Assembly: GCA_022813965.1 (NCBI GenBank)
Contig: JALDZS010000023.1
Span: 1-64,000, forward strand
Length of the DNA: 64,000 nucleotides
Reading direction: 5' to 3'
Source of the DNA: Toensbergia leucococca
Lineage: Eukaryota
Position numbers and translations under genes: made by a program. The first letter of the stretch is position 1. Every line of letters starts with the position of its first letter. This document shows positions 14,343-28,478 of this stretch, piece by piece. The notes under the pieces are model-generated. The model was given only the letters and a program-made list of their open reading frames with translations, did no database searches and was not told where the DNA came from.

Positions 14343-14728
14343 GTTTGCTTTTTTCTTTTTTTTCTTTTGTTGTCGGCATTCAACACGTGGGATATGACTT
14401 ATGAAAAGCGAGCATAGCGTGTATGGGATTTTGCTTTGGTCTTGAGATGCATAGCGGTTTGAGCGCAGGTTGGGCTTGGGGGAAAATGTGGGAATCAAGC
14501 ATATTTCGTGTTGTCTTGGGCTTGCGTTCGTATTCTGTTTGAGGCCGGCCTCGGTCTAGAGTATCTGTATATACCAGACTCAGCATGTGGAATAGCAGCA
14601 TTTCAACAGTGCATTCCACCTGCAACCCAAAAAAAAAAGCAAAAGTATATCTATCACACCACCACACCATCCGCGCTGTTTCAACTCACAATCTTCCATA
14701 CCCCATACCCCATACCACATAGCCTACC

Positions 14729-16944
14729 CTAAACACCCCCAACCGCCCTCTCTAGAATCGCATTCAACCCCCTCACCTGCTCCAACAAGCCGTTCCCGTC
14801 AACAGAACTAATCCCCCCCTCCACAAGCTCACCCAGCAAAACCTTCAACCCCGCCAAATCCCCTCCTTTCACGCCCGTGTCCGCAGCCGACGACGAGGCC
14901 TGCGACAGCTGCGCCGCCCGACCGCGGTGGACGGCGAGTTCAATGTCGTGGAGTTTGGTGCTGAGGTCGGATTGGGCCTGGTTTAAATAGAACGAAGAAT
15001 TGCCATCGTAAGGAAACGAAATTATCTTTGTGGGGTTTTGGGGGGGTTTGTGGGGGAGAAGAAATTACCTGAGCGTTTTTGGAAGCTTTCTCGTGAGTGG
15101 CCCTTATTTGGTCTGTTTGGAGGGCGATGTCTTGTCTTTCGCGGCGGAGGCGGAGAAGGGTGGTGCGGAGGGCGAGTTTTTGTTTGGTGGCTTTTTTGAG
15201 GCGGGTGTTTAGGGCGTTGTGGGTGTCTAGGGCTTCGGTCTGGAAATATGGTGGTTTAGATTGTTAGTCTTTAGAGAAAGTAAAGGGGTTGGGCGGAAGG
15301 AGACATACTAATTGGAATAGCCTGGCGTTTAGTTCCTCGCCGAACATTTCTACTGCCTTTCTTTTTCGCTTCCATTCCGCTTTACGGGCTGCGCTGGGTT
15401 GGTCTTGGGTTTCTTGTTGGAGGGTGGAGATTGTTTTGGCGATTAATTCGCTGCAGACTTGGCTGAGGACGTCGACTGCGTTGACAGAGTTCTTTTGGGG
15501 GAAGGAGGAGGCGAGGGAGAGGATGTCTGTGTCCGATTCTGGATCTGAGTTTGACCGGTCAGGTTGGAGGAGGTGGGATTGGGAAAGTCGGTGGACTGTT
15601 ATGGGGATGGAGTCTTTGCGTGGTTGGCGAGGCTTTTTGGCTTTTGGCTGGGACGATGCTGGGGATGGTGCTCTGAGTTGTTTTTGGCGGCGATGTTTCG
15701 GCTTTGTAACAGCTTCAAGTACAACTATTGGCACTTCGGAAGAGGGTTCTGTTGGTAATTGCTCTACGACATCGTGATTCGTCGCCTTCTTTCGTTGCAT
15801 TTTACGGGCTGGTACTACAGGCTTGACAGATTCGCCAAGATCCAGATCTTCATCCTGGGTTTCTTCATCTACCGTGGGGAGCAATTTCCTGGGTCGGCCG
15901 CGGCTTCGGGAGGGTGGAGCCATGGTCTTTGGTGTAGGCTCCTCCTCAGCCTGCTCCCCCTCATCCTGCTCACCCTCCTCCTCCTCCGCCGCCGCCTCTT
16001 CCACTAGTACAATGCCGCTCGGCGAGTCCGTGCCTGTCTTCTCTTCAACAACATTAGTGCTGGCGGGCTTTTTACGAGATTTTGGAATTTTGCCAATGGA
16101 TTTTCGTTTCTTTTTCCTAGGCTTCTTCACGTTCTGCTGACTTGTTGAAGCTATGGGGAGATCATCCACCTTCGTGTTATTATCAATTAGGTCAGGTCGA
16201 ATTTGAAGTTCTTCACTGGCAATCCCTGCGGCGCTCTGCTGTGATGGAGGGGACTGTTCCTCTAGCACATCTGGTAAACCTGACTTGATTCTTTTTCTTG
16301 AGACTTGTCCGATAGACTTGCGCTTCTTCCGCTTCTTCGCCCGAACCTCATTCGAGCCTTCCTGATTGACTCCGCCCCCTTCAATAGCCAAGCCTTGCTG
16401 AGGCTTTGTAAAGCCTGCCGACTGCATTGTCGTTGTCTCGTTGGTTTCTTGGGATAGCTGAGCTAGCTTACGTTTCTTCGCAATGCTTCCATCGGCACTG
16501 CTCTGGGTTTGACGAGAACTAGACGGAAGTTCTTCTTCTTGCGTTTTTGATAGGTCACCTTTAGGTAGACGGCCAAGTCGCTTCCCATTCGCTGTAAGAG
16601 GGGTACGCTTTGACGAACGGGCCGGTAATGGTTGCGTAACTTTGGGTGTCCGGCGCGTTGAACGCTGTTGAGGTAGCTCTGGCTGAGGGGTTCGTCGTGA
16701 TCTCCCCGACTTTTGGGGCCTTAGCGGTGCGTTCGCAGCGCCCGGAACAGCGATTTGGAAACCGAAGTCTTGCAGCTGACGAGTCCTAGATCTAATTAGT
16801 TCAATGACTTCTAGACTGGGGGAGGGGTAGGAGAGCTTACCCTGCACCACGCTGGCGCATGAGAAAGCGCTCTTCTCGATCTAGGAAGCGTCAGCTAAAT
16901 CTGTGACTGTAAAATAGGATTCAATGTAGCTCACTGGACGTCAT
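14729..16944 (-). CDS. Inner kinetochore subunit AME1/CENP-U-like protein with AT-hook
   Basis: Small 5' exons (MTS..DREERFLMRQRGAG), long basic disordered region with RGRPRK AT-hook, C-terminal VNAVDVLSQ...FGEELNARLFQL|TEALD coiled-coil block typical of fungal CENP-U; four introns; stop TAG at 14729-14731. Confidence 0.7.
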
Positions 16945-17126
16945 GTTGGGTTCAAGAGGCTTTGAGTCCTTTGAAGATTGAGAACGTCGTGGGGTAAGAG
17001 AGGGAGAGGAGAGCTTCACTGCCGAGGAAGCCAAGCGATCAACACGTCCACTCCACCTTCCTAATGCACAAAGCCAACGGACAACCTCCAGACAGACCAA
17101 ATAGCTAGACAATCTCATGCTCCCCA

Positions 17127-18206
17127 ATGGGCTGGTTCTGGGGCACGAGTAAAAATGCAGCCGCCGACAACTCCACCTCCGATCCGCTCAAGGACCTTGA
17201 CCCCAGCCTCCGCGACTTCCTCGAAAAAGAATCCCCCGTGAAATACAAACCCACCCCCGCCCCACCCTCATCCGAATCCCCAATTTTAGCCTCCTCACCC
17301 ACCGCCACTACTGATAACGGCGAAGCACCCAAACGGCCCGTCCCAACCCTCTTTCCAGACGGCCGCTACCTCCACCTCTGGTCCACCTACCGGCCCCTCA
17401 AAGAAATCGAGAATGAGACAAAGACAGACCAGGAGAAACTCGCCGACATTCTTGAAGCCTACAATGATCGTAAAGCGCTGATTGGGCGTGCTGCGCTGGA
17501 GAATTGCGCCATGGAGCAGTGGGCGGTGAACGATTGCTTCCAGACGGGGGGATGGAAGTCAAGAATGACCATGTGCCGGGCGGAGAACAAAGGCTTGGAG
17601 CGCTGCTATCTGATGCAGTCGGTTTGTATTCCCCTCCTCTGGTATACCGAAAAGAGCGCCCTCAATATTGAGGTGAAAAAAAATGAGAACCAAATCCTCA
17701 AGTGACTAACCCCCGTATTAAAACAGCGCTTTCTTAAAGCCCTTGGCTACTTCACCAGCTACGATCGGCCAGCCATTGTAGACGAAGAAATCCAAATGCA
17801 CGCCGACAAACTCTACCAACGCATGCTCTTCCAAGAACACGCAATCGCAGACGCCAAAGCCGCTGGCACTCCCATCCCCTCCTTCCCACCAATCATGTCA
17901 TCCCTAAAAACTCCGTCTACTCGGCCTGTCACATCTTCAGCGACAAGTGCAGAGCAGCCAAAGGCCGAAGAACCGCCGCAATTGCATCCAGGGTTGAAGG
18001 AAAAGTTCAAGGATCGATTCAAGGGTTTGACAGATGAGGAGAAGGAAATAGAGGAGAGAGCGCTAGCGATGGAAGTCCAAGCGGGCCATAAATTGGGGAA
18101 GCAGGTTGGGGATATGTGGGATGATCAGGCGAAAGCGAGGAATGAAAGGAGAGAGCAAGGAAAGGCGACGGTTTCGGATAGGATCAGTGGATTGTTCGGG
18201 TGGTGA
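17127..18206 (+). CDS. Conserved fungal hypothetical protein with twin CX9C motif
   Basis: MGWFWG...DPLKDLDPSLRDFLEKE; CAMEQWAVNDC and CRAENKGLERC; intron 17622-17726 joins in frame to RFLKALGY...GLFGW*. Confidence 0.8.
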
Positions 18207-18461
18207 AAATTTCTATGTAAATCAATGTGCGTGGCATAGAAATTCATGCATAGCAAAGGATTCTCGTAGCACGACAGGGTCAGGAGTGATATTATCGTGA
18301 AGAATGGATATTACGTATTTTTGGCCTAAGGATATGTCCAGGCCTCAAAGAGCCTTGTTTTTCCCAAACCGGGCCAACCCAAAGCCTCCCAAAAAGTAAT
18401 GGAAGCCGACAAAAAATAAGAACGCCCGCTGAAGTAACAATCCAATGAATACCAACTCCAC

Positions 18462-20618
18462 TTATGGCCAAGCTTGCTGCTGTGTTTGAGCTTGCTGGCC
18501 CGGTCTCGGAAATACAGGTACAGTGTCCAGTTGCTCCAGACCGCTCATTGAGCCTTGCGTCGACTGCCAACCCTGCCCTGTCTGCTGATTGACAAACATG
18601 CTTTGCCGGAAGGGATTGGTACTACCTGTAGCATTTGAAATCATTGGGGAAGTGGTCGGTAGCTGAGCTTGAGGTGGAGAAACATTACTGGCAAACGGAT
18701 TTGTGCCGGTTTGTTGGGGTTGTAGAGGATAAGAAGCTTGCGGTTGTTGTGGAGGCTGAGAGGGTTGCATGGGAGGTGGTGATGTGAAAGGGGTACTTTG
18801 ACTCTGTGTCGTAGCTTGTGTTGAGACATGTTTTGCGAAGGGGTTTGTAGATTGCCGAGTTAGGGGCGAGACAATAGGACTCGTAAGTGACGATGTAGTC
18901 GCTGCGGCTTGAGGCAACATAGATTGGCGGAACGGATTAGTCGATTGTGGCTGCTGTCCAGAATTAAAGGATTGCTGTCGCTGGGGATATTCGGAAGCAG
19001 AACTTTGTGGTATACTTGATATTGAATTTTGCTGGGGTCTAAAAGATTGTTGTGGTTGCTGACCGTAGCCGCTAAAACCTGCTCCTGAGAAATTTGATGA
19101 TATTGACTGCTGTGGCTGTGGCTGACCGAAAGAATTGCCATTTCCGAAAGATCCACCGACCTGTGGCTGTTGGCCAGACCGAGGAAAGTAACTTGCTGGC
19201 TCAGAAGAGAACATAGGTTGTTGCTGTTGGTATTGCGGTATTGGTTGGAAGTTCGATATCTGCTGCTGAGACTGCCCGGACATCGCATGTTGATTCTGTT
19301 CGATGGAATCAAAAAAGTCTATTAGATCTGGCGCGGGGCCTTTTGCCTCGTGCTTTGGCGCCGGTATGGGCTTTGGATCTGAGAAGCCCTGGCTAGTACT
19401 CTTCCCGTCGAGGCTTAGTTTTTTGAAGTCATCCACAGGTTCCTTACGTCCATTGCTAGTAGTCTTCCGACCCTTTTTAGCATCTTGTTGGGCTAAGTAT
19501 TGTCGTCTGTTGATATCGAAGTCCGGATCATTTAGATATTCTTCGAGAGAAGCAGTAAGACTAGTCGGAGCGTGCTTGAGCTTTGGTATTTCTAGTCGAG
19601 TAGCATTCTCGTATTGCCTGGCGGTGCTTAGGTATTCGACAACTTGATTTGTTTGTTTGCTGAACGTTTTGTATATGTTGAGCGCTCGTTCTGCATCAGT
19701 TTTTGACATCTCGAAATAGTGCTCTGTATGAGACTATCAGCTTGTATTGCCGGATGCCAGGATTAACGGGGATGCTTACCTAGCACATTTATTGTACCCT
19801 CATTCATGACGTGATACAGAACTAAGAGGTCCATAGTGAGCAATCGAAATGCGGTGAGGGTTATCTCGTTTTCAGGTTCGTTGTTGAGGATCTGAAGCAT
19901 CATGTGAGTCCATTTGCAGAGAACAATAAAAGCCTCAGCTTCTACACACATCACACTTCAGCAGAGCTGAGATTTGATTTTGCACCGTCTCGGTCTCTCT
20001 GAGTAGCCCTTTGTCCACAGTTTGCCGCTTCAATCTTCCCTGACCTTCTCTGACCCAGTCAAGCCTGGTATCCCGATAGGCATTCGCTCGTATCAGTATG
20101 TACATGTAGTAATGCCTGATATTGCTCCCTTGGACCTGCACTAATTGCTCAAGCGCAATTAGTAACAATTCAAGTAGAACACCTCAAGCCCAGAAAATCT
20201 TATCACTACATTCTCAGATAGAAGACGCCCACAACGAATTCTTGAGATACGGAGAGGATCGTACCCTACATACCATCGGAGAAGTTGCTTATAGCCAGCT
20301 TCGATGGCGATTCCGCCAAAAATTTCAGTGTCAGATTCGGCTCTCCTTCCCGTATCATCAGGTGCACTATTATGAGAGCCTTGAAAACAATGGTCCATGT
20401 CGAGTCTCGTAGCCTGTGCTGCAGGGTTCGGAATATTTCTGCGACCCCGGCTTCTCCAGCATGCGTTGCAACGAGTATGTGTTCGACGTACTTGGATTTG
20501 GGCGCGGCAAGCTATATGTTATTGGTCATTGGTTTTCCTTTATGGACATTATGGACATGGAGGTTCTTACTTTGATCTTGGTTCCACCTTTTACAGACTT
20601 CTCGAAGGAGCTAGACAT
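18462..20618 (-). CDS. ANTH-domain clathrin assembly protein (AP180/Yap1801-like)
   Basis: MSSSFEKSVKGGTKIK|LAAPKSKYVEHIL...WTIVFKALIIVHLMIREG ANTH domain, DLIDFF clathrin-box-like motif, four NPF motifs in a Q-rich tail; four introns. Confidence 0.93.
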
Positions 20619-21825
20619 GACCTGTTATGAACTCTGAAGGCCGTCACCGTGACATGTGTTGTCGTAGTGAGTGGGAGCGTTGAAGTATTATCCAATTGAA
20701 TGAATCCGATTTCAGAAGCCAAGCTCAGTCATTGTTGTACTCGTACCACTCATAGGTTCCACGAAATTTCCAGTGTGAAGGCTCTCAGCAGGCGAGCCAA
20801 TCGTCGCGGATGGTCAAGTCAAACCTACGTGAACGAGTTGGATTAACGCATGAGGCTCCCAACAAATGATCTATGAATTGGCCATGGCACTCAATCATTC
20901 GATGCTGAGTGATCTGAAAGTACTCGAATTGCGGAACAATAGCAATGAGGCGGCAACCCAAATGAGCTGGGGCTGGAGATTGATCCGAGTTCCGGACCAA
21001 GCCGGGCCGAACATCACAATTGAAGTTTTTCATATTGGCTATCGCGATGTTGTTACATCCACTCATCTACATGTGACTGACAGAGGGTCAGAGGATGGCA
21101 GACTGTTGAACAACGCTTTTTATTCTTCCACCCAGCTATCGGGAGACCAAGAATAGACTTTCTTTAGTCTCTAGTGCGCTGGGTGGTACCACATAGTCAC
21201 GTAGCTGTTCTGGAACGGACATGGACAATTATGTGTATACAATGGCGAAGATTAGTAGAAGGGAGATGAATTGTAAAGCAAGGTTCGTCTATTTACATGC
21301 TGGAGTCTACCGACCCTGATCCAAGTTAATAGTCATGAAATAGAGATGCACGCCGAGGGGTCAGAGGGATATAAGGTAGAAGCCTTCCAAGTTTGAGGGT
21401 CAGAGATGCCTTCATCGCGTCCGTTGAAGTAACAAGGTGTTTGTGCCGAACGCCTATTTCACTCTTCCTCTCACACCCAGCTGACACGCCGCTTGAGCCC
21501 AGTGAAGGGAGAGCTTGCCAGACAGGTGAAGAGGAAGCGTTGTCATATGGTACACTCTAGGCTTTCATCATCTAATATGGGATCAGTATCTGTAGCTTTG
21601 TTGAACGGCGAACTTTACGCTTACTTGTTTAAAACTTGGAAGGATGATGTTGAATGAAGTGATTCGTGTGTCATATAAATCCCGATAGAATACACAGGAG
21701 CTACTTTAGTTCTTTTTATATTACATGAAATAGTCGACATGGTAAATATCGATTCGTCAATTGTTCGCCTTTTCTTCTAACTCGAGCAACATCAACTCAA
21801 ACCTCTAATTACAGAGTAGAGACTG

Positions 21826-24055
21826 ATGTTCCTAACTCCTAGAGTCTCTCGAACTGGTAGGTATGTCTCAAGGTCTTATATAGAGATCTCCAGATTTATC
21901 AATCCCTCAACCCCTGATCGAAAAAGAGAGTCATTACATTTTCATGATGGATTTAGATGTGTCAGTCAAGGCCGGCGGACTCTACACCAAAGCCCTAAAC
22001 AGCAGGATAGCAATCCGGTGAATCATCGGAACTTGCTTAGGAAATATAAAGATTCACGTGTGTTTCTCGAGCCCCTGAGCTTTGATGAATCTGATTCTAA
22101 TCAATGTTAAGTTGCGTTTCCTGCGGCAACTCACCAAATTAGCGAGCTATCAAACGTCTCTCCCAGCGAAAATCAGGAAGTTGTTCTTCACGGCTATCTT
22201 GGTGCCCGGGCTGATCTGTCCAAAAATCTCTTTTTTGTGCCTCTCCTCAGCCGCGATCTGAAATTCAGTGTTCAAATCGTTTCTTCCGCCCCCAAGAAAA
22301 GTCCGAACTACCGAGACCCAATTATTTCTGGGAAGATAGATTCAGCCCACGGTAGACTAAAGCAAATAGAACTCAATTCTCCAATAGCGGTCCGAGGCGT
22401 ACTTAAGAAGCGAGAATCGGCGACGAGCAAGGGCCTCGGAGGCGTTACGAAGATCAAGACTGTAGAACTTGACCTTTGGGATGTGCAGTGCTTGAATGAG
22501 TTCCCTCAAGACATCATTGTAACACCGGAGACGGTGTTTTCTCTTGAGCAAAGACATCTTCAACTTCGATCAGACAAGAGTCTTCGAGATGCACTCGCTT
22601 TTCGTGCAAGAGCTACGAATATCTGCAGGGACGAACTGGCTATCAAAAATGATTTTGTCGAGGTGGAGACCCCCTTACTTTTCAAATCTACTCCTGAAGG
22701 GGCGAGGGAGTTCATAGTTCCCACTCGACGTAAAGGTTTGGCATATGCACTACCTCAAAGCCCTCAACAATTCAAGCAGATACTTATGGCTAGCGGCATC
22801 TCGAAATATTTCCAAATTGCCAGATGTTTTCGTGATGAAGATTTGCGAGCAGATCGGCAGCCAGAATTTACTCAGGTTCGTAATATGTACCGCCTTGTTG
22901 ATGTCTGTAGATTTTGAACTGAAAAAATCACTTCAGTTGGACTTGGAAATGGCTTTTGCAACCGGGGAGGATATTATGAAGTGTATCGAAGCTCTTGTCC
23001 TAAGGCTTTGGAAAGACTTGCTAGGGGTTGATCTTCCGTCTCCATTTCCCAGGATGACCTACCAACAAGTCATGTCATCGTATGGATCAGACAAACCGGA
23101 CGTACGGTATGAGACTCTTATTTCAAGAGTTGAATACCTTCTACCCGCAGATTTAATAAGTAAAATTACCCCTCTATCAAATCCCATTGTAGAGGCGATA
23201 AATTTTCGACTCCAAAAACCGTCTACCGGGGACCCAGCACAAACACGCAAGTTCATCAGCGCGTTCATGAATTCGGTGGAAGGACGCCCCTTCGACGAAA
23301 ATGCGGAAGGAGGGCCGGGCATCTTCATCTACGACTCGGGAAAGCCTCTTCAGGGCCTCCAGCCTCTGGGCTTTGAAGCTGCAGAGCAAATTGAAGATAT
23401 ATATTCCCCCGAGGATGGAGATCTCCTGATCCTGCAAGCTCGGACAAACGCCGTTCATGCCGGTGGTTCGACAGCTCTTGGCAACCTCAGACTCGCGCTC
23501 AACAGAGCCGCAGTGTCTCAAGGTTACAAGGACCCTCCCCACGGCTTCATGCCACTATGGGTTACCGACTTTCCCCTCTTCTCCCCATCAAACACCACAG
23601 AACCTGGCCAGGGCGGAGCCGCCGGCCTCGCATCGACCCACCATCCCTTCACCTCTCCAAAGACCCCCGAGGACGTCGATCTGCTCCTGACTGACCCTGC
23701 CAAAGCCATCGGGGAGCACTACGACCTCGTCATCAACGGCGTGGAACTGGGCGGCGGCAGCCGGCGCATCCACCACGCCGCGATGCAGGAATTCATCATG
23801 ACAGAGGTGCTGAAGATGAGTGCCGGGCGGGTGGGGGAGTTTGCGCATCTGCTGGAGGTGCTGCGGGCGGGGTGTCCGCCGCATGCCGGGATTGCGCTTG
23901 GGTTTGATCGGTTGGTTACTGTTATGTTGGGGCGGGAGTCGGTGAGGGATGTTATTGCGTTTCCGAAGAGTGGGAAGGGGGAAGATTTGTTGGTTCAGAG
24001 TCCGGGAGTGATGAGTGAGGAAGTTTTGAGGACGTATCATTTGCGGTTGGAGTGA
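21826..24055 (+). CDS. MSD1: Mitochondrial aspartyl-tRNA synthetase
   Basis: [78 protein letters not shown]; Arg/Ser-rich leader; introns about 22058-22111 and 22876-22937. Confidence 0.95.
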
Positions 24056-24544
24056 TGGGGTAGTGGGAAATTTTGATGAGGGGCTGGAGTGTATTGCTTG
24101 GGGGGCACCGTCTTTGAGAGCGAGGAGTGTATCATAGTATGGCAGGTGAAGAATGAGACTCTTCCTGTAAGGATAAGGCCTTGTATAATGCTAGTCGTTA
24201 GACTGATCAATCATTCACATGCAAGCAGGAACCCTAGAAACTTCTTTTGAGTTGCAATAGTTACGTTCTCAACCCCATTTATTCAGAACGAAGCATTGAC
24301 AAAATAGGGTTTAGATAGGGATTTCTGAAAGAGTTGCATTCAGTACTAGAAAGTACCATAAACAGATCCAGCCCTGCCAAATCATCATCATCAGACTCCC
24401 TCTAACACCCAAAATTCCCCTCGCTATGCGAAATCAACCCCCTTTGAAATTCCCCCAGCATCACAGCTCATCCTCCTCATCCATCAACCTTCGCCCCACT
24501 CCCCACCCCCCACTCCACTCAACCCTCCCCCCAAGCCCCACCAC

Positions 24545-25224
24545 TCACCCCATCTTCGCCTTCGAAAAATCCATCTCAGGATGCTGTTCCTGAAACTTCC
24601 TCAACATATCCATCTTCTTCTCCTCCTCACTGCTCGGCAACCCCTTCTCCTTCTGCCGCTGATCATACATCATCTTCTCCACCATCCCCCTCGTCTCGCC
24701 GTCCAGATCCCCCAACTTGCTGTTCTCGGGCGTGATCTTCGACGTGTCGATTTTGGGCGCCGAGGTGATGACGTGCGCCCACCATTCCATCTTGTTGGAT
24801 TTGTCCAGGTGGATGGCGATTTCTTTGCCCGTGGCGCTGGTTTCGAGCGTCCAGGTGGATTCGTCGGCGAGGATTTCTTTGGGGAGGGCGCCCTGTTGGA
24901 AGAAATCAGTCTATATGTAGATTTGCCGGTCTTTCGGGGGGGCCAGGGGGGGTGGGATTGCACTAGGAGGGAAATTCTGAGGGAGAGGGGTTCTCTTACA
25001 TCGATGATTGGATCTTGGCCCTTGATGCCGACTTTGAGGGTTTTTCTAGTGAGGACGACGGCAAGGTCACGGCCTCGGATGTTGGAGGGGACAGGGACGG
25101 TGATGTCGACGTCTTGGATTGTTTGGGTCCATTTGTAAGGGAGTTGGGCTTGTTCGTAGGCTTCTTTGGCTTTGGCTTCGGCGTCTTTTTTTTCGCGCTC
25201 TTCGGGGGTTGGGGATGTGGACAT
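24545..25224 (-). CDS. nudC: Nuclear movement protein NudC
   Basis: [21 protein letters not shown]/p23 domain, [44 protein letters not shown]; one intron about 24894-24999. Confidence 0.95.
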
Positions 25225-26478
25225 CGCTGCTTGTATTGGGGTCTATTGATAAAGATCGCGTGTGACTAGGTTCAGGAGCCTTTTGATGGTAGATTGAGGG
25301 TTGAAGAATTGATGTGAAAGTAAGGGTGACAATTCAGCCCTATTGTGAAGATCTCTAGGGCTTCTCCAGCTGATTAGCCCTAATTGCTTTTCATGTCTAT
25401 GCTTGTTTCCAGATTTAGAGGAGAGTTCCAAGATGTATGGACTGCAATCAGGATGAGAATGCTGTGCGCTCAGCTCAGAAAGTATGACTTTCCAACCCTT
25501 TAATAACGGCATTTCCTCGATTCTGCGTCTAATATTATCTTCGAGTCTCACATCATCAGTTTAACTGATTGTCTTGTCAAGGTGCCCGTTTCTTCATCAC
25601 ATTGATTCTTACAGAAACCTCTCTGATTTCCAAGTCGACATGTCTAAATGCTATCTTGCTTTCTAGCATCCACTTGCTAATTTCTATATTTGATTTCCAC
25701 AATCAAACCCTACGTCGATCAAAAAAGCCTCGAGTAATCCAAAACCATACGCCAACCTAGCAAAAATAGCCAAGAGATGGGGAATCTAGTGGCCATCGCT
25801 CGTACAACATACCTACATCATTGAGATCTGTACCATTAATCAGATGTTGCCCAATTTGGATACTCAGTCAAGTCGCATAGAGGAAGGTTTCTGTAGAGAA
25901 TCAAAAGAGTAGAACATGTTAAACATTGGAAAATATTTTAAAGAGTGCTCGTAACATTTTCATAGTACAGAATAGGTCAAGTATTGTTATGTGATTATAG
26001 AGGCGGGTTTTGGGCACCAATGTTTCTGAGACCACATTTACTGGAATGGATCTCTGAATGCGAGTACGACATCTTCCAAGTCCGGTTCAATCAAGCCCAC
26101 CTGTTGGACGTCCTTGACAAAGGCATCGTCTACTATCGGAGGCCGCTCTGCAAACTGGCTCAAGACCCCGAGTTCGCCAGATTCCGAAAACGTGAGCTTG
26201 GAGATCGGGGATTCTTTGGTTCATAGGCAAAGATCCGAGTCAAGTGCAGCTTGAAAGCTGGATGTTGACAGCAGACCGATTTCATCTATGGCCTGCAATT
26301 CTACGCTCCATTTGTGGGCTGGCGTATGTTGTTGCGCTTATCTTCCTGGTGGTTGAGGCGGCCTTCAGCCTTGAATCTCTTCTTTCAATGGTTCATCTGA
26401 CTCCAGATTGAACGTTGAGTAGAATCCTTGGTATTCACAGTTGTTCTACACGTAAAGCAGAAAGCGCCAATTCTTAAT

Positions 26479-27398
26479 TTAAGTGTCTTTCTTGTCGACC
26501 TGTTCTTTCGGCTTGTCGAATCGACTTCTCACTGTCTTGATCATTTTCCCAAACCAGTAAGCGTTGAGTAGGCTCAGAACAGTGTTACTGGCCACATATG
26601 CTAGGGCCAGCCATGGTGGTACAGGGAGCTCTTCGGCCCTGGGAGACTGAAAGGCAAGCCATATATCATGGTACATTCTCACAGACTGATAAGTTCCCCA
26701 CAAGAGACGACTGCAGCCGAATGTTGTGATGAGTGCAATTCCATTGATCAGCTGAGTAGTAGAACCGGTCATGTCCAATTTATCCAGAAACCAATGGATA
26801 TTGAGGAACGGCGTAGATAGCTCGTATAGTATAAAATTTATGCCGTAGTAATTGAGGAAGGGCCGCTAGGTCACGTCAGTCTTGTGAGGTCGGAAAGGCT
26901 AGAAAGGGAAAAACACACAAACCCGAGAGAAGATATGGCTAAAGCACTTATAGCATGTACCAAGGCTCCCCATCCTTGAACATCAATATCTTTCACACAA
27001 GCAAACAGATCCCAAATGAAATAACCGGCAGCAAAACCCTGAACCATACCCGTAGCGCCAGTATAGCCCCAAACACGCTGCCTCCAATCCATCTGCTGCC
27101 TCTCCCTATCCAAAAACATGACGGCCAGGGCGGCGGCATTGATAAAGCACGACTGAACAAAAGAAACGACATGAATATTCCAATTGATCTTGGTCTTTCT
27201 TGAAAGCTTGGGGTATGTGTCAGGGAAAAGGTAAGTCGAGAGGCGTGGTGCTAAGACTATATTCATGAAATGGTAGAATCCGAAAGCTGGGAGGATTTCA
27301 TGGGCATGGAACGGGAGCGTCCGTAGAGCCAAGGCATTGGCGAGTGGTTGAGTCGCCCTGGTTAGGATGGCCGGGGGAGCAAAGAAGGGATCGCGCAT
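26479..27398 (-). CDS. TLC (TRAM/LAG1/CLN8) domain membrane protein, Tda4/TMEM56-like
   Basis: WNIHVVSFVQ, GYFIWDL, LVHA, RPFLNYYG..FILYELSTPFLNIHWF, LNAYWFGKMI; one intron about 26867-26920. Confidence 0.9.
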
Positions 27399-28478
27399 CT
27401 TGGTTCACTGGTGATATTCAGGATGATCGATGGCGAGAGGGAAAGAAACCTTGTCATTTCTAAGATGAAGAAGGGACGTCGAATTGAGGTTTGGATACGA
27501 GGAGTTTACACTGACGTCATCGATTATTTACAGACACCAAGACACCAATAGGGGTTATCACGAGTACGTCTGTATTACAACTTTCCACCCTGATTGCTAT
27601 TTACCATGCGTGATATACCTGCATGATTTGCTTGATTATGATGTGTAGATAATTGCCTTCCCACCTACCATGTCACTACCTACTACGTAAATTCCAAGCT
27701 TCGTCGATCTTTGGACAAAATGCTAGTCGAGGGTGTAGGTAGAGAGGCTCTAACGATATTATGTGAAGTATTGCATAATCCAGACTACTGTTTTCTCGAG
27801 GTTAATGCATGTTGAATATTGGTTTCGCAAGGCTAATCTTATACTTTATTGCTCGAGTGTTTCTGCGAAAGAATGATTTGTATCTCATTATCATCTTTTG
27901 AACCTTTCTTTGCGCTTGTGCTGCTTTAGAACCTCAAAGAAGAACAAGAACTATGATTCAGCATTGCACCCTTTTTTCTTTTCTAGCTCGACACCCGGGA
28001 GTAGGTTAATGTTAAGTATTCGGCTTGAATGGGCTCAATATCCACGCAAGCTTTCCTAATGCCATTTACTAGTGTGGAATCAAGAGTATATTGTGCGAAC
28101 TTTCCTCTCCATTATAATTCTTGACCCATTTGGGCTTGCTATATACAAAAATCTCACCAAACTTTTTTTGGCTTTTCCCGTTTTTGACCAAATTGAGTTC
28201 GATATGTGCGCGATCTTCCCTAATTGGTCTCTTAGCCTGCTGCTTTTGAACTTACGCATGGCTGACTGAATGTATATAATCATCCACCTCCCACTTAAGT
28301 CCTCCTTATCATCCTCTGAATCAATACTTCTCTGCTGTCCCAAAACTGCCTGAAGTATTACTTGTTAAACCCTTTGACTCCCTTTGTTATTCATCTGTGG
28401 ATGCTTCTTTGTTCTTACAATCCTATCTTTATTGTTCCTTCACATTCACAGCCATACACACTCACAACAATACTCGCC

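Noticed and set aside
27900..28440. 87-aa minus-strand ORF at 28080-28343
   Set aside because: Non-ATG start in the track and no motifs; at most a relic.
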